From Botryllus schlosseri (Eukaryota), in contig CM119371.1 of assembly GCA_051294905.1 (NCBI GenBank), positions 16,494,001 through 16,558,000 of the forward strand: a DNA stretch of 64,000 nucleotides. Direction: 5' to 3'. Position numbers and translations under genes: made by a program. Under the pieces are notes generated by a model, which saw only the letters and a program-made list of their open reading frames with translations, searched no databases and was not told the origin of the DNA. Every line of letters begins with the position of its first letter. The first letter of the stretch is position 1. Shown here piece by piece: positions 1 through 12,676 of this stretch.

Positions 1-883
1 CTCCGGCTCCGGCTCCAAAGCCCTGTTGGCTATGGTGTACCACATTAGCTACGCTTGTCAGTTGTTTCTTTTACCCTACTATGTACTATACTGAAATTGG
101 TACTAGGGCCAAAAATCTCCGTATGACAGACCCCAGACTCGCGAACGAGGTTGAATCAGGTCAAATGACCACGAGAATGATATCAGTAACATTCAGTTCC
201 ACGTATAAATTGGCCCCATAGATTTTCACGCTAATCAATTTTGCCTATAGCTGGGTAAACTTCAGTAACGAGTAACTGTCGGTAATTTTGCGAAAAATTC
301 TGGTAACTTGACTTTACAGCTAATTTGAGGTAATTTTACTTATCACAATGTAAAATTACAAGCTACGCACAGTTATTGGCTGCGACCAGTAATTCGTTGC
401 AAAATTTACAGAGATTTCCCAGTAAATCTACCAGATTTTCAACAGTGTAGTTATTTGATTAAAAAAGTCATGCTTATCAATTAAGATGCTAGCCGGATCA
501 ACAAATTACTGACCCGGCTCCGATACGGCTCCGGCCAAAATTTAAAAAACCCGTCCAGATATCCAATCCGGCTCTGGTCCATGCTCCGCACTAATATGAA
601 TGCTGATTTCTGTTTCCATTTAATTGGGGTCGCCTCTTGAAAATACTGTAAACCACCGATCTACGCGCCGAATTGCGCAGGTTCGCAATCTGAAAACGAA
701 CTGGAACACACTGTTCGCTACATGCCTATATCATCAATACTTGAATCGATTCGGAGAACTGGTTAAAGGAAGGCATCGGCGTGGATTGGTGACATTGTTT
801 CCTGATATTTTCTCCATGATGATTCTGTTATGAACAAAGGTGTCCGATTTTATGGGTTTAACATACATTTCAATATGTTTCAG

Positions 884-976
884 AACTGCATGACCACATC
901 CCATCTCCTCGACCTCCTCCTCCTCCTCCTCCTCCTCCTCCACCTCCACCACCTCTACGAGGGGTCGAACACAGCG
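884..976 (+). CDS. Internal exon (phase 1-1) of an uncharacterised + strand gene; polyproline module copy 1, (E)LHDHIPSPR-P14-LRGVEHS
   Basis: tttcag| acceptor and |gtaaga donor; 93 nt, open frame; splice sites conserved in all three duplicated copies. Confidence 0.75.
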
Positions 977-1243
977 GTAAGAATACAACGTAGGCTACAC
1001 CCGGACTAGGTTGAACTACAACTTGCTAATTTGTGGCTCACATCTTATAGGGCCCATGCACGCTAATAGATATTGACATCTCCGAACTTCAAATGTACAA
1101 ATTAGTTGAGCAGTTATTTGATACTGGAGTACCTTCTCTCAATCCCAGAGATCTGTTAAATTCCGAGTATGGTATATCATAGTATAGACTGGAGACAAAA
1201 ATTAATTTACAGGGTAAATTACTCCCTAGCAATGCATATAGCT

Positions 1244-1889
1244 CAGTGGTTCTTCCGGTGTTTCATGAAACACTAGAAGTTCCATGAGCCCGTCGCTGGG
1301 GTTCCGAGGAGCTCATAAACTCAACTAGTACATATGATTTATGGTGATAGGCTCGTTTTAGTCATCGTTCATTGCAGGGAAGTACTCCCAATCAGTCTTC
1401 TAATTGTGAGTGCTGTGAGTGCTGCGTCGTCTGCAGTAGCGTACGCTGGTGAAGTGGACGTTTGAAACCTAAACCGTGACCCACTGAAATGCCAAATCAA
1501 TCTCCAATATTCATAAGCTCATTCGTAATTAAGTTGTTGGTATCACGCTGTTGCGTTTCGACCGAACTATACGATGAAACGTTCCAAGGTGTAGACTCAC
1601 ATTTGTGAACTAGTATCTGAAAGGGAACTGCAGAATTTGCAGTGATTTGCAATAAATATTCAATATGATGTTTTCGTTGTGTGTGAAAATCGCATGCTAA
1701 TGGTTCAATTGTTTTTGCACTAATGATGATCCACAGTTCAATTTGTACACCTGTAATGTATTAGATGTGTAGTCGGTTGCGTGTTGTGGTCGCTTTTTGT
1801 TTTTATGACTCATCCAAAAATTGGGATTCCACGAAGGCTTGAAGATTAGCGTAAGTGTTCCGTGGGTTAGTAAAGGTTAAGAACCACTG
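1244..1889. mobile_element. hAT (Charlie/Buster-like) MITE predating the triplication (also 8155-8805 and 18587-19217)
   Basis: TIR CAGTGGTTCTT / AAGAACCACTG; near-perfect 8-bp TSD atatagct/atatatct. Confidence 0.85.
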
Positions 1890-2089
1890 ATATATCTTGA
1901 ATGTTAACATGGTTAACGATAATGCTACACATCATATGATGACCTGTTTTTAGTAGCATACAACATATATCACTTGAGTTCGTCTCAAATTTCTCAGATT
2001 CTCTTACTTGGTCAATTCACTAATGCAGTGGTTCCCAAACTGGGAGCCGCACCCTCCTTGGAGGGCGTGAAAGCATCTGAAGGGGAGCG

Positions 2090-5000
2090 CGTTCGAAATG
2101 ACGTGCAACCATATACCCCACCTTAATCTTATAACTTGAAACATTACCGGACTCAACAGACATTGGGAAAGCTTTATTACCTGCGTGGAAAAATTGAAAG
2201 CGGATATATATTGTCTTCAAGAACCTCATAGAATTAGGGAATGCAAACTTACATCATGGGCACATAGAGACAATTACTAATATTCGGAGAAGAAAGAAAC
2301 ACGAAAACTTTATTCCAAAGGACAGATATTATAATTAAGACAAACCTAACAACGGAATTTTCAATCGACCACGACATAACTAAACCAAATCGAGCCCAAA
2401 AGATTTCACTGAGCTCGAAAGACCACAAACAGTCCCTAACGACCCTGAACATCTATGCGCCGCCGTCAGGTAGGCAAACACAAGTTGATTTCTTCCGAAA
2501 TCTTACAGTGGGAATAAGCCAAAACAGCAGCACTATCATAGCAGGTGATTTCAACATGATCACGGATAAGATAGACTGTGAAAGGCAAACTACATTTATA
2601 CTAACCTAAGCCGCAGAGATATGGATTATTAAAATGAAACAAAAGAAAATGGTAGACATCTACAGATGGCGTCATCCCTTTAGAAAGATCTTTACCAAGA
2701 CGAGCGCTTTCAACTCGCGCTGCATGGACAGAATCTATGGTACAAAAGATCCAGCTATGATGACGACGGCCGCAGGCTAGAAAATCAACGGCCTGTCAGA
2801 CCATAACTACTATGCAACAATTAGAATTAAACCAAAGATATCAGAGAAATGGGGGGACGGTATACGTGGAAGAACAACACGTCACACTATGAAAAGAAGA
2901 CATACATATACCGACTAGAAAACCTATACGAGGAATTTAGCTTTAGAAAAATAGAATACCCCCGCATAGGATGCTGTTGGGACGACCTTAAAAATAAAAT
3001 AAAGAAGATCTCTATAACATACGGAATAGAAGAGAAAAGGAAGCAGAGCGAAAACCAAAAGAGCTTAGAACGTAAATTAAACTCGCCAAATATAAATCCA
3101 GAGCAGAGGGCCCAAATGACTCGAAAGCTAATGGATATAAAAGAAGGAGAAACTCGACCGTCTCATGAGGTTCAATTATGAACAGCAACTCGAGGAGAAC
3201 GAAAAACGTACCCACTACTTCTACGCCAGACTCAAAAACAGGGAAATGAAAAAAACAATTACACTATTGAAAGACAAAGCTGGTCATGTTCATGTTATAA
3301 AAGACAGAAAGGAAATTATAGACAGTATTCAGGAATTCTATGAAAACCTATGGAGCAACAAAAATGTTGGTGAAGAAAATCTCCAACAACAAATACCTGA
3401 ATCCATAGCAAATACCGTAGCACCTAATAAGGAGGAACTACACGACAGCCCTATTTCAGAATCGGAATTAGAAATAGCAATCAAATCTCTACAGACACAC
3501 AAGACACCGGGACCAGATGGTATATCCATCGAGTTTTACAAAACCTTCTTCTATCTAGTTAAAAACGACATGTTGAGCTTTGCAACAACGCATTACTGTT
3601 CGGCAACACGGCTCATTCGTGGAGTGAATCGACAGTAAGTCTCATATATAAGAAAGGGGATCCCGAAGAATTGAAGAACTGGAGACCCATATCCATGACA
3701 AACGTTGATTATAAGATCCTTACAAAGATTCTAGTAAATAGGATGAAAACCGATCTAAACGACGTCATTTCACCGACCCAAAAATGTGCGATAAAAAAGA
3801 GACAGATATCTGATATATTGAGAAACATAGAGGCCGTGATATATTACAGTAATGAAAAGCAAACACCTTTAATAATTGCAGACTTTGATCAGAAGAAGGC
3901 TTTTGACAGAGCTCCCCAACATTCTATTTTTGAGATTGTGAGAAAACTTAATTTTGGAACGAAATTAAGAGAACTTTAAAAAAAATACCAAAGTGCCTCA
4001 AGTAAGATTGACGGTAATGGTAGCTGCACCGCCGATATTCGACTTAGAAGAGGACTCCGCCAAGGCTGTCCCCTAAGTATGTGCCTTTACGCACTCACAG
4101 CTGAACCCTTTACGCAAAGGATCCTAAGAAATGAAAAAATAAAAAACTTTGAAGTCGGACAGTTCCAACTTAACTTGACGATCATCACCACCGAGTTGGA
4201 ATACCTATAACATACTGTTGCCGAGTTTACATACTTTTAAAATGCAACTCGACAAAATCTGAATAAACAAAAAACTGAAATACTCAGCCTTCACTGCAAA
4301 GCCTATTCAACGAGAAAAAATAAACTACAGGAAAATATCAAACCAGCCATCAAAATATTGGGACGGTACTTCGGTGAAGAACAAATAAAAACAACATGGG
4401 GAGGGGTTACCAGGAAAATAGAAAAAGGACTCGATAGCAACAGTCAACGTAAACTTACCTGGTACGGGAAAAACACAATCATACACTCGACGATATCTAG
4501 TCTAATTAGCTATCATGCGAGATCCCCCCCCCCAGAGATAACTGCCAAGCTAACAAAACTAGTCTTTCAGTATCTATGGATTCCGGAAAAAATTGAACTA
4601 CTAAAACGAAGCAAATTAATCAGGGAAACACAAGAAGGGAGAATTGATATACTGCACGTTCCAAGTAAGATCAAGGCATGCAGCATGGAAATCATCGCGA
4701 AGATGTCGAACCTATGGAAATGTGGCACTACTATACTCTGTACGAATTAGAGCTAACGATAAGAAAATGGAATCCGAAACTCTTCACGAATAGTATGCCG
4801 CATAGAACCCACTTGAATGACAAATGGAAATATGTCAATAAAATAGCAAATGAACTAAATTGGAAAGAGGAAGATTAGCAACATGCATATATGAAAGCAA
4901 TATACATAGGAGTTAAAAAAATGCATGAAAACAAGATCGAGACACCGAATACAGAGATTTCGTGAAAAAAAAGTAAACATGAAAGATAAAGCCGTAAACA

Positions 5001-5710
5001 AAATCGTGAAGAATAAAGAGAGAGTCATATCTTTTAGAATAGTACACGATGGTACTTATTCGGAATGCAAGGAATACAGAAGAACATAATGATGCATCAA
5101 AATGGGACATATGCCGTGACGAAATGCCGTCAATGTGGCTCCCAAAACGAAAATATCATGCACGTAATATACTACTGTAAATCATCAAGGAACATCTTAA
5201 GGAACCTGGAAAGACTCCTTTTGGATGCAACAGGTTGCCAAATGGATATTGATGGAAATAATATACTATGTATTGACACGAAAAATAACACAGACGCAGG
5301 GACGTTCATCTTAGGCTTATACAAAAGAAAAGTCATACAAAATAAGAATAAATTTGAGATGGAAAACTGAATGGAAGATGATAGAGGTATCTATGTACTT
5401 AGAACCTACAGATTCATATACAAAACTGCCTTGAGGAGACTAAGCACCCAAGATGTATTAACAACTTCCTTGGAGTCTCTAAATGCCTCATTGATAGGAA
5501 TAACACAATACCTTAAGTAACTTGCTGCCTCGTCACCACGAGTTCCGAAAAATAAAACTTATCTAATACTATCCTAAGTTAACTTATAAATGTCTGACTG
5601 TTCGAAAAAATATATATATATAAAATCGATGGGATACAGACCCCGAGCAGGAGGTAGCCCTAAAAAGCGGTCCGCTGAACGCGGGCGGATACGGAGAGCC
5701 GTAAAAAAGC
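2090..5710 (+). mobile_element. Decayed L1/Tx1-clade LINE ORF2 (APE endonuclease, RT, C-terminal Cys/His finger)
   Basis: Motifs LNIYAP and IIAGDFN (EN); KTPGPDG, KNWRPIS, DQKKAFDR and GLRQGCPLS (RT); CRQCGSQNENIMHVIYYC. Many stops and frameshifts; short A-tail at ~5703. Confidence 0.93.
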
Positions 5711-7283
5711 AACACGGTGTGTCATCAACAGTGTACGCACAACTTCAGTTTTGCCAGTCAACAACTGCTGCTGTTGAACGTCCTTTCTCCGTCTTGGCAA
5801 GCTACTTTGTAAGCACTGACACTTTCTGCCCTATAATGTAGGAAAGTATGTTTCGTTGTAGCATACTCTAACAAATTTTAATTATTTCTACTATAATGCG
5901 ATATGTAACTCTTGGAATTCTCCATAGGTCCAGATTTCGTTAAAATACAGTTTTTTATGTATAATTTGACAGTTTTTAAGTCAAAAAGTATTTTCAGGCC
6001 AAACTACTAAGTAAGGACAAACAGTTCCAACTAGAAATGAAGACAATCAGTACAATTCTCACATTACGTGCGAAAACACCTAATTTAAATACATGAAGTC
6101 TAAATTTTTTCAAGGTCATTACACTTGAATGATTGAAGACATTCGGCCAACAGAAGAAAATCAGGATATATAAACGCATCTAGATGTTCCAAATATACAC
6201 GCACAAACCCAGACATATCAACTTTTGATCGCAGTTGAGGCTTGTATCGTCTGTGGTTCAACCTTTTTGTTGAGTGTCAATATGCACTCAATCTGTGACT
6301 GTTATTCAATGACTTACCCCGTTTTCAACCATATGGCAGTGTGAATCCAGATATAAAAAAAGTGTGGTTAGAAACGAAACATCGTAATCTATTGGGAGCA
6401 GAGCATGGCATATGATTAAACTGATTCAAATTCAAGCCCCGGCTTCAACAATTGGTGGACAGTATGCAGGCGTAACAATCGCATTGACAGTGCAAATTAA
6501 CCATTAAATTAACGGGGAAATAATTTAACAATATTTGTAATCGCGAAATCAAATTATTGTGGTAATTAAAACTTATTAAAATACTATAATTTTGAATTAC
6601 TTTAGCGTAGGGCCACACTTGTCTGTCTACTGTTATTACAGTTTCAGTATTACTTAAAATATTTTTCTCCGTGTAGGACAGTGGTTCTTCAACTTTTTAC
6701 ACCGATACCCAAACCTGGGGTTTATTGGCATCTCGTGGTCCATGCCACACATTGGTCGGGTCGCATATGATTGCTGGTTTCCGTTTCCATTTCATTGGGA
6801 TCGTCTTTTTAAAAAATTATCGCCCACCGCTTTACGCGTCACAGGGACGCAGTGTAAAACAATGGTTATACTCCAACTTGTTGGTACTATTCTAAGTTCT
6901 AGAGTTGGATTTAGGCATTTGAGGCCCTTACTTTGCACTCTGTATTGTTGAACTGATCGAAAAATATTCAAATCGCAAGAACGAATTTCCACTGCTGAAT
7001 ACGAGTAGCTTTGATGTTCTGTCGGGCATATAGTTAGCTCGGAATGTAAAGGAAGATATCGGCTAATGATATCGTTCCTGCGAATTATTGGTGGCGAAGT
7101 GATCTTAACAACAAATTATTATTTACCACCGGAATCACTGGATATTTGGGACAAAATTTTCAGAAATCACTATAGATATTTGCGATCCGAAGTTTATCTA
7201 ATTTGTCTGTTCAATTTTCTATCTTTATCATACCATAATGAAATAAATGCAAGGAAGGTAAAATTCCTGCAATATGCTACGAA

Positions 7284-7474
7284 CGCTCTCTCATTCGAAG
7301 TTTCAGGCTGGTGACGTCATATTTTGTGATAGGATTGTTGATATACAATGTTTTTTCTTAGTCTCCACTAGTTGCTGACGGTTACCCCTGACGAGTGTCA
7401 GCCGAAAATATTCGGGTTCATTTCAATATGAATATACTATTCAATTGTATACTGAAGTTGTATACCTCCAAGAA
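7284..7474 (+). mobile_element. Short Penelope-like pLTR fragment, present only in duplication copy 1
   Basis: Flanked by direct repeat gctacgaa (7276-7283, 7475-7482); empty site in copy 2 (~15373); contains a hammerhead motif. Confidence 0.75.
7384..7417 (+). ncRNA. Minimal type I hammerhead ribozyme motif (Penelope type)
   Basis: accc-CTGACGA-gtgtcagcc-GAAA-atat-TC-gggt: stem I accc/gggt, intact core, palindromic stem III. Confidence 0.75.
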
Positions 7475-7773
7475 GCTACGAATTGTGTTAAATTTGCATA
7501 TTTCACTGAAACGTTTACAGGGTAGAGCATATTGAGAGTTTTATATGAACGCCAACCACCGAATTGCGCAGGTTCGCACACTGAAAACGAACTCGAACAC
7601 ACTGTTCTCTCTATGACAAAATCATCGATACCTGAATTGACTCGGTTAACCCGTTTAAGGGAGGCATCAGCGTGGATCGGTGACATGGTTTCCTAATATT
7701 TCTCCATGATAATTCTGTTATGAACAAAGGTGTCCGATTTTATGGGTTTAACATACATGTCATTATATTCCAG

Positions 7774-7869
7774 AACTGTATGACTACATGCCATCTCCTC
7801 GACCTCCACCTCCACCTCAACCTCGACCTCCACCGCCACCTCCACCTCTAAGAGGGGTCGAACACAGCG
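7774..7869 (+). CDS. Internal exon, polyproline module copy 2, ELYDYMPSPRPPPPPQPRPPPPPPPLRGVEHS
   Basis: ttccag| ... |gtaaga; 96 nt, phase 1-1, no stop. Confidence 0.75.
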
Positions 7870-8892
7870 GTAAGAATACAACGTAGGCTATAGCCTACCT
7901 GGACTAGGTCAAAGTACACCTTGCTATTTTGTGGCTCACATTTTATAGGGTCCATGCAGGCTGATAGATATTGACATTTCCGAACTTCAGATGTACAAAT
8001 TAGTTGAGCAGTTATTTGATACTAACTTCTCTCCATCCAAGAGATCCGTAACTTTCCCTAGAGCAGAAACACTGATTTCTTTGGAATGGTCGTGATAAAA
8101 TGGAGACAAAAATTAATTTACAGGTTGAACTACTCCCTAAAAATGTATATAGCTCGGTGGTCCTTAACCGGTGGTCTATGGAACACTAGAAGTTCCATGA
8201 GCCCGTCTCAGGGGTTTCGCGGAGCTCATAAACTCAACTGATATATACGATTTATGATGGTAGGCTCGTTTTAGTCATCGATCATCGCAGGCAAGTACTC
8301 CCAATCAGTCTTCTGATTGTGACTGCTGTGGGGGCTGCGTCGTCTGCAGTGGCGTACGCTGGTGAGCTGGGCGTTTAAAACCTATGCCGCGACCCACTGA
8401 AATGCCAAATCTATCTCCAATATTAATAAGCTCATTTGTAATTAGGTTGTTGGTATCACGCTGTAGCGGTTCGACCGAACTATATACGATGAAACTTTCC
8501 AAGGTGTGGACTCACATTTCTGAACTAGTATCTGAAAGGGAACAGCAGAAGTTGCAGTGATTTGCAATAAATAGTCAAAATATTGTTTTCGTTGTTTGTG
8601 AAAATCACATGCTAATATTTTAATTGTTTTTGCACTGTATGATGATCCACAGTTCAATTTGTACATCTGTAATCAATTAGATGTGTAGTCGGTTGAGTGT
8701 TGTGGTCGCTTTTTGTTTTTATGACTCATCCAAAAATTGGGGTTCCACGAAGGCTTGAAGATTAGCGTAAGTGTTCCGTGGGTTACTAAAGGTTAGGAAC
8801 CACTGATATATCTTGAATGTTAACAATGGTAAACGATAATGTTACATATCATATGATGACCTGTTTTGGTAGCATAGGCTACAACATATATC

Positions 8893-10592
8893 GCTAATGG
8901 TAGCTACACCGACGATATTCGACTTAGAAGAGGACTCCGCCAAGTCTGTCCCGTAAGTATGTGCCTTTACGCACTCACAGCTGAATCCATAACGCAAAGG
9001 ATCCTAAGAAATGCAAAAATAAAAATAAAACTTTAAAGTCGGACAGTTCCAACTTGAGATTTTACAGTACGCAGATGACTTGACGATCATCACCACCGAC
9101 TTGGAATCCATACAACATACTGTTGACGAATTTACATACTTTGAAAATGCAACTGGTCAGATAATGAATAAACAAAAACTGAAATACTCAGCCTTCACTA
9201 CAAAGCCTATTCGTCGAGCAAAAATAAACTACATGAAAATATCAAGCCAACTTCGGTGAAGAACAAATAAAACAACATGGGGCGGGGTTACCAGGAAAAT
9301 AGAAAAATGACACTATAGCAACAATCAACGTAATTTTACCTGGTGTGGAAAAACACCATCATAAACTCGATGATATCTAGTGCAATCAGCTATCATGCGA
9401 GATCCATCCCCTTTCATCGGAGACAACTGCCAAGCTAACAAAACTAGTTTTTCAATATCTATGGAGTCCGAAAAAAATTGAAATAATAAAACGAAACAAA
9501 GTTATCAGGGAAACACCAAAAGGTGGGATTGATACACTGCACGTTCGAAGTAAGATCAAGGCATGCAACATGCAAGTCATCGCGAAGATGTCGAACCTCG
9601 ACAAACCTATGGAAATGTGGCGCTGCTATACTCTGTATGAATTAGGGCCAACGATAAGAAAATGGAATCCAAAACTCTTCACGAATAGTAGGCCGCATAG
9701 AACCCACTTGAATAGAAAATGGAAAAATATCATTAAAACAGCAAACGAACTAAATTGGAAAGTGGAAGGTTGGCAACATGCACATATGGAAGCAATATAC
9801 TTTGGAGTTAAAAAAAATTGCATGAAAGCAAGACCGAGAAATCGAATACAGAGATTTCGTGGAAAAAAGTACGCATGAAAGATAAAGCCATAAACAAAAT
9901 CGTGAAGAATAAAGAGAAATTCATATCTTTTAGAATAGCACACGATGGCTAATTATTCGGAATGCAAAGAATAAAGAAGAACATAATGATGCCTAAAAAT
10001 GGGACATATGCCGTGACGAAATGCCGTCAATGTGGCTCGCAAAACGAAAATATCATGCACATAATGTACTACTGTAAATCATCAAGAAAAATCCTAATGA
10101 ACCTGGAAAGACTCCTATTTGGTACAACAGGTGGCCAAAGGGGTCTTCATGGAAATAAAATACAATGCATTGACACGAAAAATAACACAGACGCTGGGAC
10201 GTTTATCCTAGGCTTATGCAAAGGAAAAGTCATATAAAATAGGATGAGACTTGAGATGGAAAACTGAATGGAAGATGATACCGATATCTATGTACTTAGA
10301 ACATGCAGATCCGTATACAAAACTGCCTTCAGGAGACTCAGCACCCAAGATGTATTACCAACGTCCCTAGAGTCTCTAAAAGTCTTCTTGAAAAGGAATA
10401 ACACAAAACCCAAAGTAACTTGCTGCCTCCTCACCACGAGTTCCGAAAAATAAAACTTATCTATTACTATCCTAACTTATAAATGACTGACTGTTCCAAA
10501 TATATATAACTGATGTGATAAAGACCCCGAGCAGGGTGTAGCCCTAAAGAGAGGGCTGCTGAACGCTGGCGTATACGGAGAGCCGTAAAAAA
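8893..10592 (+). mobile_element. Second, 5'-deleted copy of the same LINE inside duplication copy 2
   Basis: Colinear with 4015-5710; retains QYADDL (cagtacgcagatgacttg, ~9065), which copy 1 has deleted. Confidence 0.92.
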
Positions 10593-11061
10593 TAGAAACA
10601 CAGTATGTCATCAACAGTGTACGCATGACTTCAGTGTTGCCAGCCAACAACTGCTGCTGTTGAAAGTCCCTTCTCCATTCTTCGAACCTACTTAGTAAGC
10701 ACTGACACTTTCTGCCCTATAATGTAGGAAAGTATCTTTCGTTGTAGCCTATTTAACAAATTTCAAATATTTCTACTATAATGCGTGATGTAATTATTGG
10801 AATTCTTCATAGGTCCAGATTTCGTCAAAATACAGTTTTTCATCTGAAAATTTGACAATTTTCGAGTCAAAAAGTATTTTCATGCCAAACTACTTAGTAT
10901 AGACAGATAGTTCCAACTAGAAATGAAGATAAGTAGTACAAATCTAACAATATGTGCGAAAACACCAAATTTAAATATATGTAGTCTAAATTTTTTCAAG
11001 GTCATTACACCTAAATGATTGAAGACATTCGCCCAACTGAAGGAAATCAGGATATGTAAAC

Positions 11062-12192
11062 CAGAGGTGGTCAGTAATGAAGTACTTCTACTTTTTGAAG
11101 TACTCAAGTAGTTTTCTCTACTTCTGTTACTTACTTAAGTAGATCTGATTTTCTCTACTTCTACTTATAATTCGTAATATTTTCTGATCTACTTTCTTAC
11201 TTTTCGCTATTTTAAGTTTTTCTAGTAGAAGTAGTTTAATCCCCCAATATGAATGATAGCCTGAAGATTTTCGGGGCTGTTCCACGGGGTACCAACATTT
11301 AATATTCATAAAATTAAAGTAAAGCCTAGAATTTAGGTGCGCTTCGCGCATAGTTGTTATCGAGTCACAAATATGTTTTCACGAAAGTATCAGAAAATAT
11401 AATTTGGGTACCTGATTGCTTGGTTCCGCTCATACCGCATTGTCGCCCATATCAAATATTCCATCACAGTAAATATGGCTCACCATAACGTTTGAAACTA
11501 CCGTTTCGCAATCTAGAAATTACCTCTTATATTGTAATCTAGCAGCCCATGACGTGTCCTGCTAATCTGGAAAATCCGGCTTTTTTGAACGTTACACCTT
11601 GTTTTAGCAGATCACATTTGAAGCTTTTTGGAAGTGATAATTGTGTTTCACTTTCAATTACGAGTATCATACAACTATTTTTCGAAAATAACGCTAAACT
11701 AAATATAAATTTTACGAACCACAATATTTTTTATTACCGTATACTATTCGCGGAAAGTGTTGAAACAGTATCCGATACAACTTCTCCGTATTGCTCTTCG
11801 CCTAAATTTTGGGCCTTATAATAAGGGGTAGGGCGCCATGCCATAATATTTTCTAAAATGAAGTATTTCAGTAAACAAATGATTAGTATAGCATTTTTAT
11901 ATACTTCATATACTTTCAATACTACAATTTGCATCCCTTGTTCTGTCGAACATGGATACCTCCTGGGATGCATCAATACGAATCAGGCTCTCTGCACCTT
12001 CCGCCTAACTCAATTTGCAGCTTTTTACAGTCTATGCGAACGAATTGAGAATGTTTTCAAAACTACTTATTTACTTGAGTAGATTTAAAGCCCGTCAATT
12101 CAACTTCTACTTCAAGTATGTTTAGTTGGCTGATGAAAGAAGTACTTATACTTCTACTTGAGTAGCTTTCGTGACTACTTTGACCACCTCTG
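11062..12192. mobile_element. hAT-type MITE with TACTT-rich subterminal repeats
   Basis: TIR CAGAGGTGGTCA/TGACCACCTCTG; TSD atgtaaac/atataaac; empty site in copy 1 (~6170). Confidence 0.92.
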
Positions 12193-12676
12193 ATATAAAC
12201 GCATCTAGATATTCCAAATATACACGCAAAAACCCCGGCCTATCAACTTTTGATCGCAGATGAGGCTTGTATCGTCTCTGGCTCAACCCTTCTTTTGAGT
12301 GACGAAATGCACTCAATCTGTGACTGTTATTTAGTGACTTAACCCGTTTTCAACCATATGGCAGTGTGAATCCAGATTCAGCAAGGAGTGTGGTTAGAAA
12401 CGAAACATCGTAATCTATTGGGAGCAGAGCATGGCAATGGTTAAACCGATGCAAATTCAAGCCCCGGCTTCAAAAATTGACGGACAGTATGCAGGCGCAA
12501 CAATCGCATTGACAGTGCAAATTAACCATTAAATTAAACGTTGAAATAATTTATCAATATTTGCAATCGTGAAATCAAGTTATTGTGTTAATTAAAACTT
12601 GATAAAATACTAGAATTTTTTAATTATACTTTTTCGTATGGCCACATTTGTCTGTCTACTGATATTAGAGTTTCAG

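Noticed and set aside
681..790. Possible extra exon after gcgcag| in each duplicated copy
   Set aside because: No single reading frame is open in all three copies.
734..988. Minus-strand poly-Glu/Val ORFs (also 7693-7881 and 18126-18320)
   Set aside because: They are the antisense shadow of the + strand polyproline exon; the splice signals are on the + strand.
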